From Eremomyces bilateralis CBS 781.70 (Eukaryota): a stretch of 64,000 bases of DNA. Location: the NCBI GenBank assembly GCA_010015585.1, contig ML975153.1. One strand, given 5' to 3'. A program made the translations under genes and the position numbers. Numbering within the stretch: position 1 is the first letter of the stretch; each line of letters begins with the position of its first letter. The notes under the pieces are model-generated. The model worked only from the letters and a program-made list of their open reading frames with translations. It did not search any database and had not been told where the DNA came from. Shown piece by piece: positions 1 through 12,366 of this stretch.

Positions 1-305
1 GAGGACCATACCAATTAGGTATAGCGCGGTTCGTTGCCTCAGGCATGACCATAATGGCCTGAGCTTGCTGAGGTAAATCCTCTAGAGGTTGGGAGTCAGG
101 TGACATCCCAATACGGCTAGTATCATGTGTGGTTACCTCCTATTCCTCCGAGGCCTCCCATACTCCTAGATAGATCAATCAATCACGTATCAGTACTTCT
201 ACATTTTTCACTCCACCACAAAATGCATCACCAATATAAATCAATCGATACATTACTATTACAAAGGCTAACCTCTCTAGAAACATCATAGATGGAAAAA
301 ACAGG

Positions 306-1461
306 CTAATATTTAGTATACCAGCAGCCCTTTGCCTCAAGTACAGCCTGCAGACGACGCGGTAAACTCTCAATTAGCGCGTTTACCTTGTCTTGGCCGA
401 TGGAATCCCAGGCCTCTATTATTGCGCGCATCATCTTGATCCTATCGACCTGGTTATCCTTTAGACTACCAAAATCCGGGTATTTTCGGTATAAATAATC
501 TTTCATCTGCTTCCAAATGTGCTCAATTGGATTCAGGTCTGGGCTATGAGGTGGCCAATCGATGCAAGCAATCTGATGGTCTTGGAACCACCTAGTCGAC
601 AACTTTGAGGTATGAATCCGCGCGTTATCTTGCATGAATAGCTTCTCTGGCGTATGGAACGGTAGGAGTCCCTCTTCGAGAGCCTGTATATACGACTTTG
701 ACGTAAATCCGCCTTTTACAGCCTCCTCATCTCGCTCCATAATGATCAACTCGCTCTTGCCACGCCTCGATATACAACCCCAGACCATTATCGATATCTC
801 AGCCTTCACATGTTCGCCGTTATGGACTGTATCTTTCTTGAAATGGTCCTCCGGAAGGCAAAAGACCCAACATAGGGGGTGCGGCCGGTTCTGGACGCTT
901 GATTCATCGGAAAACTCGATGTCCTATACGATGAGCGATTAGCGGGGTAAAGCAGGGCTATAGCACAGTTAGACTAGCAATCAATTGCTCGATTTTAGGA
1001 AGCCAGTACCTTGCGAATTCGAGCCGTTTACGGGCTCCCTCTTCCGTTAATTGGATCTTCTTACGCATACGCCATTTGCGGTATTATTTGGACCCCCGGA
1101 GCGCGGGTTTGACGGTCGACTTGGACGGGGTGCCTTGGTCGCATGTGAGGGACCGCGCCAGCTCGTTGTGTGTGACCTTCGGGCTTTTTTTAATTTGTTG
1201 TTGAAGATATCGGAAGTCAGGTTCCGTGATCATCTTGGTACGGTGTCCTTTTGGGAGAGACTTGAATGTTCGTTGCGTACGGAACTTCTCAATTGTATAG
1301 TCGATGGTTGAGGGCGAGCATCCGACCTTGCGGGCAATCGCTCATTTAGACATTAGGCCCGCGTCGACCATTGCAATGATTGCAGATCGCTGTTCTGGCG
1401 TAAGATCGGCATCCTTACGCCGATTGCCGCTAATTTCACCCAAAATTGAGCATTCCATCAT
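306..1461 (-). mobile_element. Tc1-family DNA transposon, degenerate DD34E transposase
   Basis: Manual translation from ATG at 1461 gives an HTH-like N-terminus (DLTPEQRSAIIAM...AIARKVGCSPSTI). After a putative intron (924-978) come the catalytic motifs FSDES, MVWGCIS, FMQDNARIH and WPPHSPDLNPIEHIW, with 34 residues between the second D and the E. Two in-frame stops (TGA 1342-1344, TAA 1084-1086). No matching TIR pair recognised. Confidence 0.92.
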
Positions 1462-1866
1462 TAAAATTGATGAAGGTATTGATCATCTAAGATCTAGAGT
1501 CGTTTTGACGCGTCTCGTGGTTGCTGGGGCCTGTGCACGATTTGACCGGATTACTCACTCATTACTCTGACCTCTCACAGTACTTACCTCGGAAATAATA
1601 CGTGTAAATATCATGCTTCATCCTTCCGCCGATGTCATCCGGCCTTGATAGCAGTGTTCATCAAAATGCACAGTACAAGTGCTGGTTAGAAACTGTTCGA
1701 AAGAGTAATGTCAAATTGACCTACACTTCGAGGTCGACTAACCTCAACTACACGGCCGCTTCTAGATATCTAATACTCCGTACATAGTGCTCTATTGCTC
1801 TATCCCGCTAGTTCTCCCTTCTAAACGCTACGCAATAATCGACGCTCAAATGTCAAAATGTGAAGC

Positions 1867-3811
1867 TCAAATGGTCACCGGGTCCATCCCAATCCTGCTT
1901 CGCATCCCCAGCCAGATCTCGTAGAACCGGAGCTTGATCCGGATACTGACGAAGGCGCCCCAGGCCTGCACCAAGCTGACAAAGTTCGACGGTCGAAGGA
2001 AGCTCCCCCGGAGCCGTTCCAGCTGCTCCTCGTATACCGTGCGGGATGCATATCGGGCGAGAATAAGAAACGCCCGAGCAGAGCCGCGACGCGTCTGGAG
2101 AGTGTCGTCCAGCGCCCGTGCTGCGGTGGAGTCAGCGTTTAATATCAGGCAAAGGGGAAAGAATATCACATACTCAGATCGTTTGTTTTCAGAATCAACA
2201 AGAGCACCCGTGGAACCCTTCCCAGCAGCTGAACTAGGTCCGTCAGCAACCCCTCCGATAGCGCCTGAGAAATCATCTTCTTCTCCTCTTGATCCCTTGA
2301 GGCGACTCCGACCCCCTTTTGCACCGCGCTGTAATCCCGTCCGGTGATGGCACTCGCGAACAAGGGGAAGTCCTCATCCCCGACATTCGCCACTTCGTTC
2401 GCATACTTCCGCATGCCCGGTTCATCCGCGTTAAGCACTGCGAGCCACAGCTTCGCATACCCACGGCGGATGTCCTCCGGAATGTCTCGGTACAGTCCAT
2501 GATCGTAGAGCACAATATCAAAGTTCCGCCGGCCGCGGAGACTCAACAGGGACCACCAGGAGGCGGGCCGGTGCCGGATGGCCAAATTCCCTGCATGCGG
2601 ATCGCAGTGCAGGGGCGCTCCGGTCCCGAAAATCATCTCGTTGAAGATGCGCGCCAACGCCGCCGCTACCTCGTCCCGGTCAATGTGGTTCGCGTCGAGA
2701 TAGGTGAGGTTGTCCGGCCGGGAACCCGCGAGATATTCCATGACGATGATCCGGCGGCGTGACCAGAGCACCTGGGGAATGACTAGCGGAGTGTTCGGCA
2801 CGCGGGCGAAATATTCGCGGATACGGTTCGCGTTGGCTGCTTCGTGGTCGAAGTCGAGCTCCTGGGGGAGGGAGAGCTCCATCTCGTTGGAAAGCCATGT
2901 GAGGTCGTACTCGGGGAACCAGTACTTGAGGGTTGCGAAGGAGAAGCGTGTAAGAGCGAGATCCAGCGAAGCCCATTCGTCCAGAGCTGGATGCTGAACC
3001 TTGACGGCCACTTTCTGGCCCGTCTCTTTCATCGTCGCTATATGGACCTGCGCCAGGGACGCGGCACCGATGGGCGTGGGTTCGAAGTCGTCGAAGAAGT
3101 CCGACCAGGGCCGTCCCGTGTCTTTCAGGATCATCGCCTCGATCTCCTCGAACGCGGACACGGGACACTTGTCCTGCAGCGGGACGAAGGTTTCGCACCA
3201 CTCCGGTGGAAGAAGATAATTCAGGCTGCTCAGGTGCTGACCCAGCTTGATGAAGATCGACCCATTCCGTTCCATTGTTTTGAGTGTTCGAAGTGCACAT
3301 CGTTTGTGGCAGGCTTTGAGGAGGGTATCGAAGGCCACGGCATCTTGATAGTCTTGATTAAGGGTGACTCGGTAGCTGTTCGCATAGGAAAGTATTTAGC
3401 AAATGTCCTCTCTAAGTATATCTCCGATGTATGGATGATCGGATGGATCACCTACTCGTTAACGCAAACGGCCAAAGTGCTTACGATGCTGCCCGTCCGC
3501 TCTACCGCCTTCGCAGCATGTTTCGCAGCATGCTTCGCATCATCGCTGACCGTGGCCGCTGCTAGCAGCCCCGTACCCCCTACTGCTAGTAACACTCGCC
3601 TTCGCTGTCGAGATCGCTTCGGATTCGGCGTCCCATGCGATCGATTACCGCTTTTGGTGGCCTGTGCCCGCATTTGCGGAATCCATGATGGACCAGCTAG
3701 CCGCTGCCGGCATGGTTCAAGTCGAAGAGGAGTGTTTCGAAGGGATTGCGTGCATGCGTTGCAGATCCATGAGGTATTATGCACTCGGGGGATGCCAAAG
3801 AACGGTGGCAT
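1867..3811 (-). CDS. ABC1/UbiB (ADCK1/Mcp2-like) atypical kinase, probably mitochondrial; 3 exons (introns 3376-3455, 2121-2173)
   Basis: IFIKLGQHLSS, PIGAASLAQVH, VAVKVQHP, HCDPHAGN and LYDHGLY are ABC1-family motifs. Arg-rich N-terminus. GT-AG introns join the ORF pieces in frame. Confidence 0.9.
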
Positions 3812-4830
3812 TTGCGAAGCCCGATATACGATATGTCACTGGTGGACTTCCTTCCGCCAGCCAGATGGAACTTATGGGGCGATTTCAAGGAAATAAGGAG
3901 CGGACAGAGGTGCGTAACTCATCTAAGAGTTCTGAACCACATTATACCAAAGATAGAAGCACGAGGGACAGTGGGGCTGGTGTATTTGGTCATTCTCGAT
4001 TTTTTTCGGAGAATAAATCCAATTGCTTCTGTCTGGCTGTTTTGACATCACGCTACCGTTGTCCGACTTGCCGACATGCACGTGACAATCCTGGCTGCGA
4101 TCACGGCTTCTCCCGACAAGGTTCCGGGTGATCACATAACTGATAACATGAATATTATGAGCTGTGTTCTGAACCCGACTCCAGCAGTCCGGTTATTAAT
4201 AGTATCTGTTGCAGTCGACATCGGATATCACACTTATTAGCATGCGGTAGACATACACGGCACATCAAATGCCACAGGTGAAAGGGGGTTGCTGAACAAC
4301 TGCGTTAATTGTTGTAAAGTGTCGTCAAGTATTGCAATTCCTCTATTGATCTAAGCATCGCGTCAGGCTCGTAGTCCTCTCCTCCGTATATGTTCCAAAA
4401 ATGGCCGGAACCCTTCGCGGTCCATGTGCCTCCAGTATATACAAAGAGACAAGAAGATCTTGGTATCATAAGATGGCAGAACATGCCAGAATCGACGTAA
4501 GAAAATGAAACAAATGTGGTATCGCTGCGGTTGGCCGTAAACAAGCCCGACGTGGGGAGCCCTCCGGTCGGGAGGAACTCCCGAAAACGGGAAGAGAATC
4601 GAATCGTGATAACAAATGGAAGATTCAGCGTCAAATCATAACTTCTGCTGACCCAGAGAAAGCGACGCATGAGCTCGAGCGGCATCAAGATGATCGCTTC
4701 GTTCATCAAGGACGTCCAGAAACCAAAGGCAAACCAAGGATGAGAGACGGGCGTGAAGTGGACAGACGAAACGACACATTCTAGATCAACCGCGTCCTTC
4801 GGATCGACCACTTGTCGCCTGCTCACGACA

Positions 4831-7121
4831 TCAGTAGTACCCCGAATCACTCACCCATCCACTGGCACCCATTCTCTGGTCGCCAAATTCCCCCTCGCCT
4901 TCATCTTCATACCCACTCCCCGCGTCGTAGCTGCTCCGCCCACTGATATCTCCACCTCGGTCGTCAAGATCGTCCACTGTCGTCGTCGGCAACGAGTCCC
5001 AGACGCTGCTTAAAGTCGGATACTGCGCCAACAGCGCTGCGGGTAGCCGATACGGCATCTGCGCAGCCGGGTCCGCGCTGCCGCTGTAGCCCTCGAATCC
5101 CGGCTGTGGTGATGTCGACATTCCGATCCCAGGGCCCATTTGGCCGGATTCCATGCCCATCATGCCAGCGTGCATGCCGGGACTCTGGCTCTGCGACGCC
5201 GCGGCTGCATCCCAGGATTTCTCCGCGGCCTCCTCCTCGAGAAGAGGCCGGATGCACACCCGACCGGCCTCCGATCGGAAGTGCCGGCCCAGCGCATCAG
5301 CGCGAGCGAACCGCCGCCCGCAACCCCACTGACTACTGCTCTTCAGTTGCCCGCGACAGACGAATTTCTTTTCGCCGGAATGCAGGCCCTCGTGCCGCTT
5401 GCGGTCATGCTGCCGCGCAAATGCCTTGCCACACACCGTGCACACGAACGGGCGCTCATCCGTATGCGTGCGCAGATGCGAGCGTAGATTGTAGGCGCGA
5501 GTGAACCGCTTCGGGCAGAGAGAGCACTGGAACGTCGCAGGGTGCTTCTGGGTTCGTTTGCTGCCTGATCCGACCGACTCGCCCGATGCGCCGGAGCTTG
5601 GCCGGTCAGGGTTGGCGAGGCCGAGCATGTATTCGCGGTCATGGGGCACACTTGAAGTGGACGAGCGGCGGTTCTTCCCGACCCCGGACGGGGATGGGGA
5701 GCGTGACGACCGGGCATGGTTCGGTGAGAGGCGATCCTCGAGAGCAGGTGTGGACCCGCGAGATCGCCCAGCATGAGGGTCGGATTTGGCGCGTTCGCGA
5801 TTACGGCTTGGACCTGTGCAGAGCAGAGCAGTCAGTTTTGAGGTCAATGGCACGGAATTCTGCATGGATGCTTACTCCGTGATGGTGGTTGCAGAGTGTC
5901 CTCTTGTTTCACATCGGGCTTGGGAGGCTCGAAGCTCCCTTGTCGTGAAGGCGGTTCAAAGCTAATCAGAATCCCCGGAGTTGGCATTGATCCTTGGCCG
6001 TTGTTCATGGACATGCCATTCTCCGGCGCGGAAGGGAACGTCTCTTGATTTTGGTTTTGGAACACGTCGTCGTACGGCCCTCCAATTGACTGATTGAGGC
6101 CGAAGTTGTCCACCGAGGTGAAGGCGGGAAGCGATTGTTGCTGTGCCGCGAGGTTAGGAGAGATATGTGGGCTGTGATGCGGCGAGACACCAGGATATCC
6201 GTGCCCTTGATGGACCTGATTCTCGGACAGGGTGATCTGTTCGAACATGGCGGCGCCTTGGGCCATCTGAGGATCCACCTGGGCTCCCATTAATGGCGAG
6301 GGATGCTCAATGGGATCGTAAGGCTCCGTGTTGCCTAGGTACGGCGATGGTTGAGATGAGACCTCGGAGTATTGGTCGGACGGTGTCCTCCGGTGGCTCC
6401 CAAAACGCATGCCGCTCCAGTCACCCGTCCCCGGCGGAAACGCAGCGCTGGAAGGGTCAAGCGATGCGTGACGAGAGTGATTCGGGGAAAAGCCACCCTG
6501 TACTAAAGAGGGCGACGCCTGAGGGCTGATGCTCGAATGGCGCATATCAGGCTGTAGGAGATGAGCAGGAATGGAGTCGTGGTTTGGAGCAGAACTCGCT
6601 GGATTCAAGAGCGCTGAAGGATCGATAGATTGGTCAACGGACTGGCCTCCGCCGAGCAACTGCGGATCCACCAAGTAATTGGGGTCGAGCGGGTCCTCGT
6701 TCGCCCCGCCGTTCTGAAAGAATTGTTGATTGTATGAGTCTTGCGCGTTGGGCAAGGGATTATTGCCGTCCAGAAGACCAGGCGAAAAAAGACCGTCACC
6801 CTGTTGACCGAACGAAGGGTTCGAAGGATTCTGGGGGCTTCCCTGCGGCTGTAGGAAGGGGGATTGAGACTGTGAGTACTGTGGTTGTTGGTTGAAGTCG
6901 GAGTTTGAGAGGTTGAACGGATGTTGTCCGGCGGAATTGAGGTTGCTGTCAAAGTTGGATATGAAGCTATTCGACGCTCCGACTAGCGACTGATCCAGCC
7001 CTAACCCCGCAGAGACCATAGGAGTATGATAGGAGCTATGAGGAGACGGGGAGGGCGTCTGTCTTTTAATCGCCTGCTGGCCGACGGACGGCGATCGTCC
7101 CCGCTGGTGGTGTGCCTCCAT
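4831..7121 (-). CDS. crzA: Calcineurin-responsive C2H2 zinc-finger transcription factor CrzA/Crz1 (intron 5814-5875)
   Basis: [65 protein letters not shown]...[22 protein letters not shown] is the CrzA finger region. Ser/Pro-rich N-terminus with PxIxIT-like PGILISF. Confidence 0.95.
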
Positions 7122-8404
7122 GATTCACTGGGGGTGGGGGACGAGGAGGCTGTGGATTGCTCTCCAGTCGAAGGGGCGAGGAAGTCGTCAATGCGCACCA
7201 GATAGGTACAGAATGAATGGTGGTCGAGTGTTCAATGGTGAGGCGACAGGTGAGTTGAGGCTTGGAGGGCGAGCGGGTCACAGTGGTTCTGTTCCTGTAG
7301 GGTTTCGGGGTGGGACTTGGGAATCAAGGGGAGCGTGAACCGTCAATTGAACTGAAGCGCCAGCTGAACGTGAAGCGATGTCGAGGAACGGAGGGAGTGG
7401 GACGATGTGCGCTTTGGCCAACGGCACGTGCACCATCCACCAAGCCTCGAGCACGTGATTTGACTGATTGCTGCCTGCCTGTCTTCTTGCTCCTCGTTAA
7501 GACTCAAGGTATGAGGCGGCGAAGTTCAACACTGCTAGGAACCGAATTCCCGCCGAGGCAGTGTCTCGACAATGTATGCAACCGATCAATACGCGCTTGA
7601 GACTCGATCCAAATCAACAGTCCATTGCAGGAAATGTCGAGGTTGTGGTGCGACAGGACCATGCCAGCTCAGCCGCAAGGCGCAGCAGGAGAGGATCATG
7701 TCCTGTAGTGCTCAAGCAAAGACTGGCCAACGCTCTGTTGTCAGCACTCAACACCGAACAGTGGAGGGCTAGTGGCGCAGGGCAGACTAGGATTCAACCT
7801 GTCCACGGCTTCACACGGTTCACGCCTCCAGCTCCAAAGTAGTACGGTACTCGAACTACATACGACTGTCTGAAGTCCGGAGATGTGGACGAAGGAGGCT
7901 GGGTATCCCTCAGTTTCGATTACGGAATGCAAGAAATAGGGATCCCAATTCCAAGATGGAGGGTGCAGGCAGTCATCAGCAATGAAATGTTCCCTGAAAT
8001 GCCTGGATGAGTGCTCATCCTGTCTCGCAGGTAATCATATTAGAATTGGGCACGAACAGGGGTTCAGGGGTATACATGGCATTACTAATTACTTGTTCGG
8101 ATCATACCGAACCAGACGGCGAGAATCAGCCTACGGGAAAAGTCAGGCAATTTCAGTGGATGCCCTGAGACTGACCCAATGACTGCGGCCTGCGATGGAA
8201 ATTCCCTTAGTCCCCGAAGTCCAGGGATGAACCAGCAAATCGTTTCGACGGGTCCACCCGACCTGAAGGCTCGCAATCATACCATACTGTCAAGATTGCT
8301 ATATAGTGCACCCGGAACAATATAATTATATTACTAAGATATATGCAGTGACCGCCCTCCCGAAATCCCACACTGATATTTCTCTATGGCGTCGTAGCCA
8401 TGAT

Positions 8405-10354
8405 TTAGAAAGCGACAGCAACCCGGTTGGTCTGGTACTTCTTGGTGGATGGCAAGAAGCAGCAGATAACGATTGCACAAGAACCGAACGCGATGCTAGT
8501 CCACCAGACATATCGCAGCGCCAAAGAATAAGCCCAGCGGGATCCCAGCGCGGCCGCATCCACCACCGCAGGCGTCACCCCCTCCACGGTCATGATGTCT
8601 TCCGGGGTCGTCAAGTATGTGATGACGAATTTCTCAAGTGATGCAAGTGGGAGCCCCGCCGTCGCAGCGTAAGTGCCGACCTGGATCGGCAGGAACCCAC
8701 TGAGCTTGTTCACGAAGATGTTATAGTATATGGAGTAGCCGATTGCACCACCGACGGCGCGGACGGAAAGTGACAGAGCGGCCGCGGTCGTGATGAGAGC
8801 ATCGGGGGTCGCGAGCATCGCGACGGTGGCAGTCGGGACGATGGCAGCGCCAACTCCAAAAGACGTCAGTGTGGAGAGGATCACGGTCCGTACGGGGTTT
8901 TCGGGAGTGGCGGTAGAGACCGTTCCACCGAAGGCGGTCATGATGATTAGGCCGACTATGATAACTTCGCGACTGTGGTTACTGAAGGTAGAAAGGAGCG
9001 AGTTGAAGACGATGGCGCCGGCCGTGGTGGCGATGCCGCTTGGAAGGGAGCGAAGGCCAACCCCCACAGGATCGTGAATGTAGACGGCCTTGAAAAGCAA
9101 GGGGTAAAAGTTAAGGATCGAGTAGAAGTTCATGCCGCCGACAAAGGCCATCGCGTAGGCCACACCAACGACACGCTGGCCTCGGAATAGTTCGAGAGGA
9201 ATCATGCCATTTTTGGCAAACTTGATTTCCCAAACGAGCCAAGCAACGAGGAGGGCGATGCCGATGAGGAGACAGCAAAGAACGTATGCACTGGTCCAGG
9301 GATGCGAGTAGCCCCCAGCCTGAAGGGCAACAAGCCTATAACAACAATCAGCACCTAAGATCAGTGTTGAGATGTTACCGCACACTCACGTCAAGGTTAG
9401 TCCAATGATGGACAACAGTCCTCCAATGTAGTCGATTTTAGCAAGAATCGCACGACGTGACAACCCGTCAGCACGGGTGTGGTGATTTGGGAAGTAAGTG
9501 AAGAGAAGGCCCAGTCCGGTGATTCCATTGTAGATCCTCGAGCCTGGTCAGTCATATTTCTTGGTATGCCCGTCTCCTAGGACTTACAGCGAGATCCACG
9601 CAGTCCATCGCCATCCTAATTTGGTATCCCTTTGAAGCAACTCCGTGTAAAGCAAATAGGGGGTGAATGGAAAGACGAAAGCTGTTACAACAGCCAGGGA
9701 GTAGCCACGAAATTTAACAGGTACGCATTCAGCCAATCTATAGGTTGTAAGCCAACAGTTCTCGTTTTGAGGATCACGAAAGACTTCTTACCCAGCTAAA
9801 CCCGTGAGTTCGCCGATGGCAGCACCAGCTCCTGATAGAGCCATGCCTGTGACGGCTGGGCCGAAGGATTTTGCCGTGGCGATGAGAATGATGCCAACGC
9901 AGATCAATAGGGCGCCAGTCATGGCGATATACCGTTTGCCGAACAAATCCTGTAGATAGCCGCAGAATGGAGCCAGGGCAGCGATGGCCAGTGTGTTGGC
10001 GACTGGGAGCCATCCCGATGATTCGGTGTTGCCAATATCGGCAGCAATGAAATCCAGTCCACCTCCCACGAAGTATAGGATGATCTGAGAACCTGTTTTT
10101 GAATGAGCAATCGGTCCCGAGTGTGAAGACCTGCCAGACTACGAACCGGTGTACAACATGGCAAGGAAAGCAGCCGCCAGTGCATTCCGGAGGTTCCAGT
10201 CAACCTTGCCATCAGAATCATCCCCTTTGAATGCACGGCTATTTTTCATATCAATCTTCCCCGTCAAGGTCTCCTCACGCGAGATCTCGTTGGATTCGAC
10301 ATCTTCCGTCGTGGCATCACCATTCTTGGTTTCGGTAAGCTCTGCTTTCTCCAT
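8405..10354 (-). CDS. MFS drug-efflux transporter, TRI12-like, multi-exon
   Basis: Consecutive hydrophobic ORF segments (GYLQDLFGKR loop motif, ALQAGGYSHPWTSAYVL, RAVGGAIGYSIY, WAYSLALRYVW) separated by roughly 50-nt GT-AG introns. Confidence 0.88.
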
Positions 10355-12366
10355 ATTGAATGACTTTAAAAAAACAACAACCAGTGGGTGGAGTGCAGTG
10401 AAGTCAATGAACGACGGTGGAAGTACAAGACTTAATATTTATGCTCAGAAACCTACTCAGACAGAGCTAGCAGGAGGTCCTGGACACTAGGCTCGACGCG
10501 AAACGAGATTTCAACTGATCTACGGAGTACATATGGACTAGAAGGGCTGGGCAAAACATTCTAGACTGCCGGCCCCGAGGTTGCGGTTATCAAGCGAGGC
10601 GGGGGGGAGGAAATGATACGTCCAGAGCAGATACCGTACGACAGCGTCGTCCCAGGCCTTCGCGAGGTTGGCAACATGCTTTTCCAAGTCTCCCGTCTCA
10701 TGAATCCTTACCCTAGAACTACATTTTAGCGCTAGAGTGGGCCGGTTCAGTGTAGGCCTCCGGGTTTAAGCATTTGCACATGGTAGGCCATTACTCCGCG
10801 TCTCCGCAGTGGGCTAAGCCTAGACCAGAATGCGGCTCAGGATGGAGATATCAAGCCCAGACTATGTTCGGACGGGATACTGAGGATTGGCGCGCTGGCA
10901 AAGTCTATGGGTCTTCATCTCGCAACGAGTGCTTGCCGCTAGGACATAATGAGAGACCATTGACGAAATCTAGCCACATCTGTTAGCTTTGCCTTTGTGG
11001 TTGGGTCAGATGAAACTGGTGGGCGTGACTCAGGTGCCAGAGTCCAATTACCACCATCACACTGGACCTGCGCTGATCATCCACCTCATGGAATTACAGG
11101 GTAACGCTGCTCCTTCTCGTATTTAAGGCAGGGCAATTACCCTGGTATTGGATCAAACGGCCGGGAATAATTATGAATAGTCTTGAAAGATGAAGAGAAG
11201 CGAGAATGGGGATTGGGGAGGCCGTTGCGTCTTGCGAGCTGAGGTCTCTTCACCAAACACTGGAATCGCAACTAGCCGAATGCGGGGGAGGGAGATTATG
11301 TGACGGTTTGCGGGACTCATGCGGGGAAATAGTGGAAATAGTGGAAATAAGTGGTGAGAAAATTAGGAGCGGGATAGTTAGCGCGTAGTTGAACTGAAGG
11401 TCGAAATTCGAAAGACGTCGTACTGCTGACTCGGTTCGACCTAATTACATCGCAGGAGCAAGTAGAATGTTAGTTTTTAGGTCAGGTTGTTTTAATGACG
11501 GCGAGGCTAAAAAATACCATGGTTCATAGCTAGAACTAGCTAGGATTAAGAAAAAATACAAAAGGTGTCGTAAGTTAGATACCACTGGTAAAGTTGTATA
11601 GGTGCAGTTCAAGAAATGGGATGGATAGTCGGATGCCGGACTTGAAGGAGAGGAAAAACCTGTGACCTGTAATCACTTATTCCCTAATCGTGCACACTAT
11701 GATTAGTACTGATGAGTGATGACATATAGACATACGGTCTAAAGAACTACAGAGTACTCCATCTACTGATGGTGTTGGGATACCTGAATAGAAATTTCAA
11801 ATAGTATTCGGCCCTATTGAGTTGGTGACATCGCCACGTGGAAGTTTGTTCTAGACTTGATTCCGGTTATTGGACTCCCAAGACTGCAGGTCAGCAACTA
11901 TTGGCGAAGATACCTACTGGTAGGTAGACCAAGAGCTTCAATTGCAGCATGGGAATTGAAACTTGACTCATCGTGGACCAAGACTGCTACTCGGATCATC
12001 CCACTGCCGAAAGCCGGTATCCCGTTAAACGAGACGTTCAAAGATGTTGGATATGAGATTGGTTTCTACGGATAATGTGTTTTCCTTTCGTCCGAGACTG
12101 CAGGTCGCTAATGACGAAGCATGCACCTGCACCACATACAGGCATAACCGACGACGGTAGCGCTAACGAGTGTCCCGCAACCACAACCTCGGTGACCCTA
12201 GTTTCTTTTTCCCCATACCTATTACCTCCAAGCGGAAATTCGAAATTAGTGCCCTGCCTGAGATCAAGGTATTGAAGAAGAGAACGCCGCCGCAAAGGTG
12301 GCTGTGCGCCGCCTTTTCCTAAGCCAGCAAATCTATCGTACAGGTCGACACTCGCTTATGGTTCAC

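Noticed and set aside
8405..10354. TRI12-like pump as a marker of a toxin biosynthetic cluster
   Set aside because: Flanked by crzA and pmt1; no terpene synthase, PKS, NRPS or P450 in the window.
11430..11445. GGTTCGA T-loop-like motif (and a similar one near 51655)
   Set aside because: No cloverleaf stems or A-box; not a tRNA.
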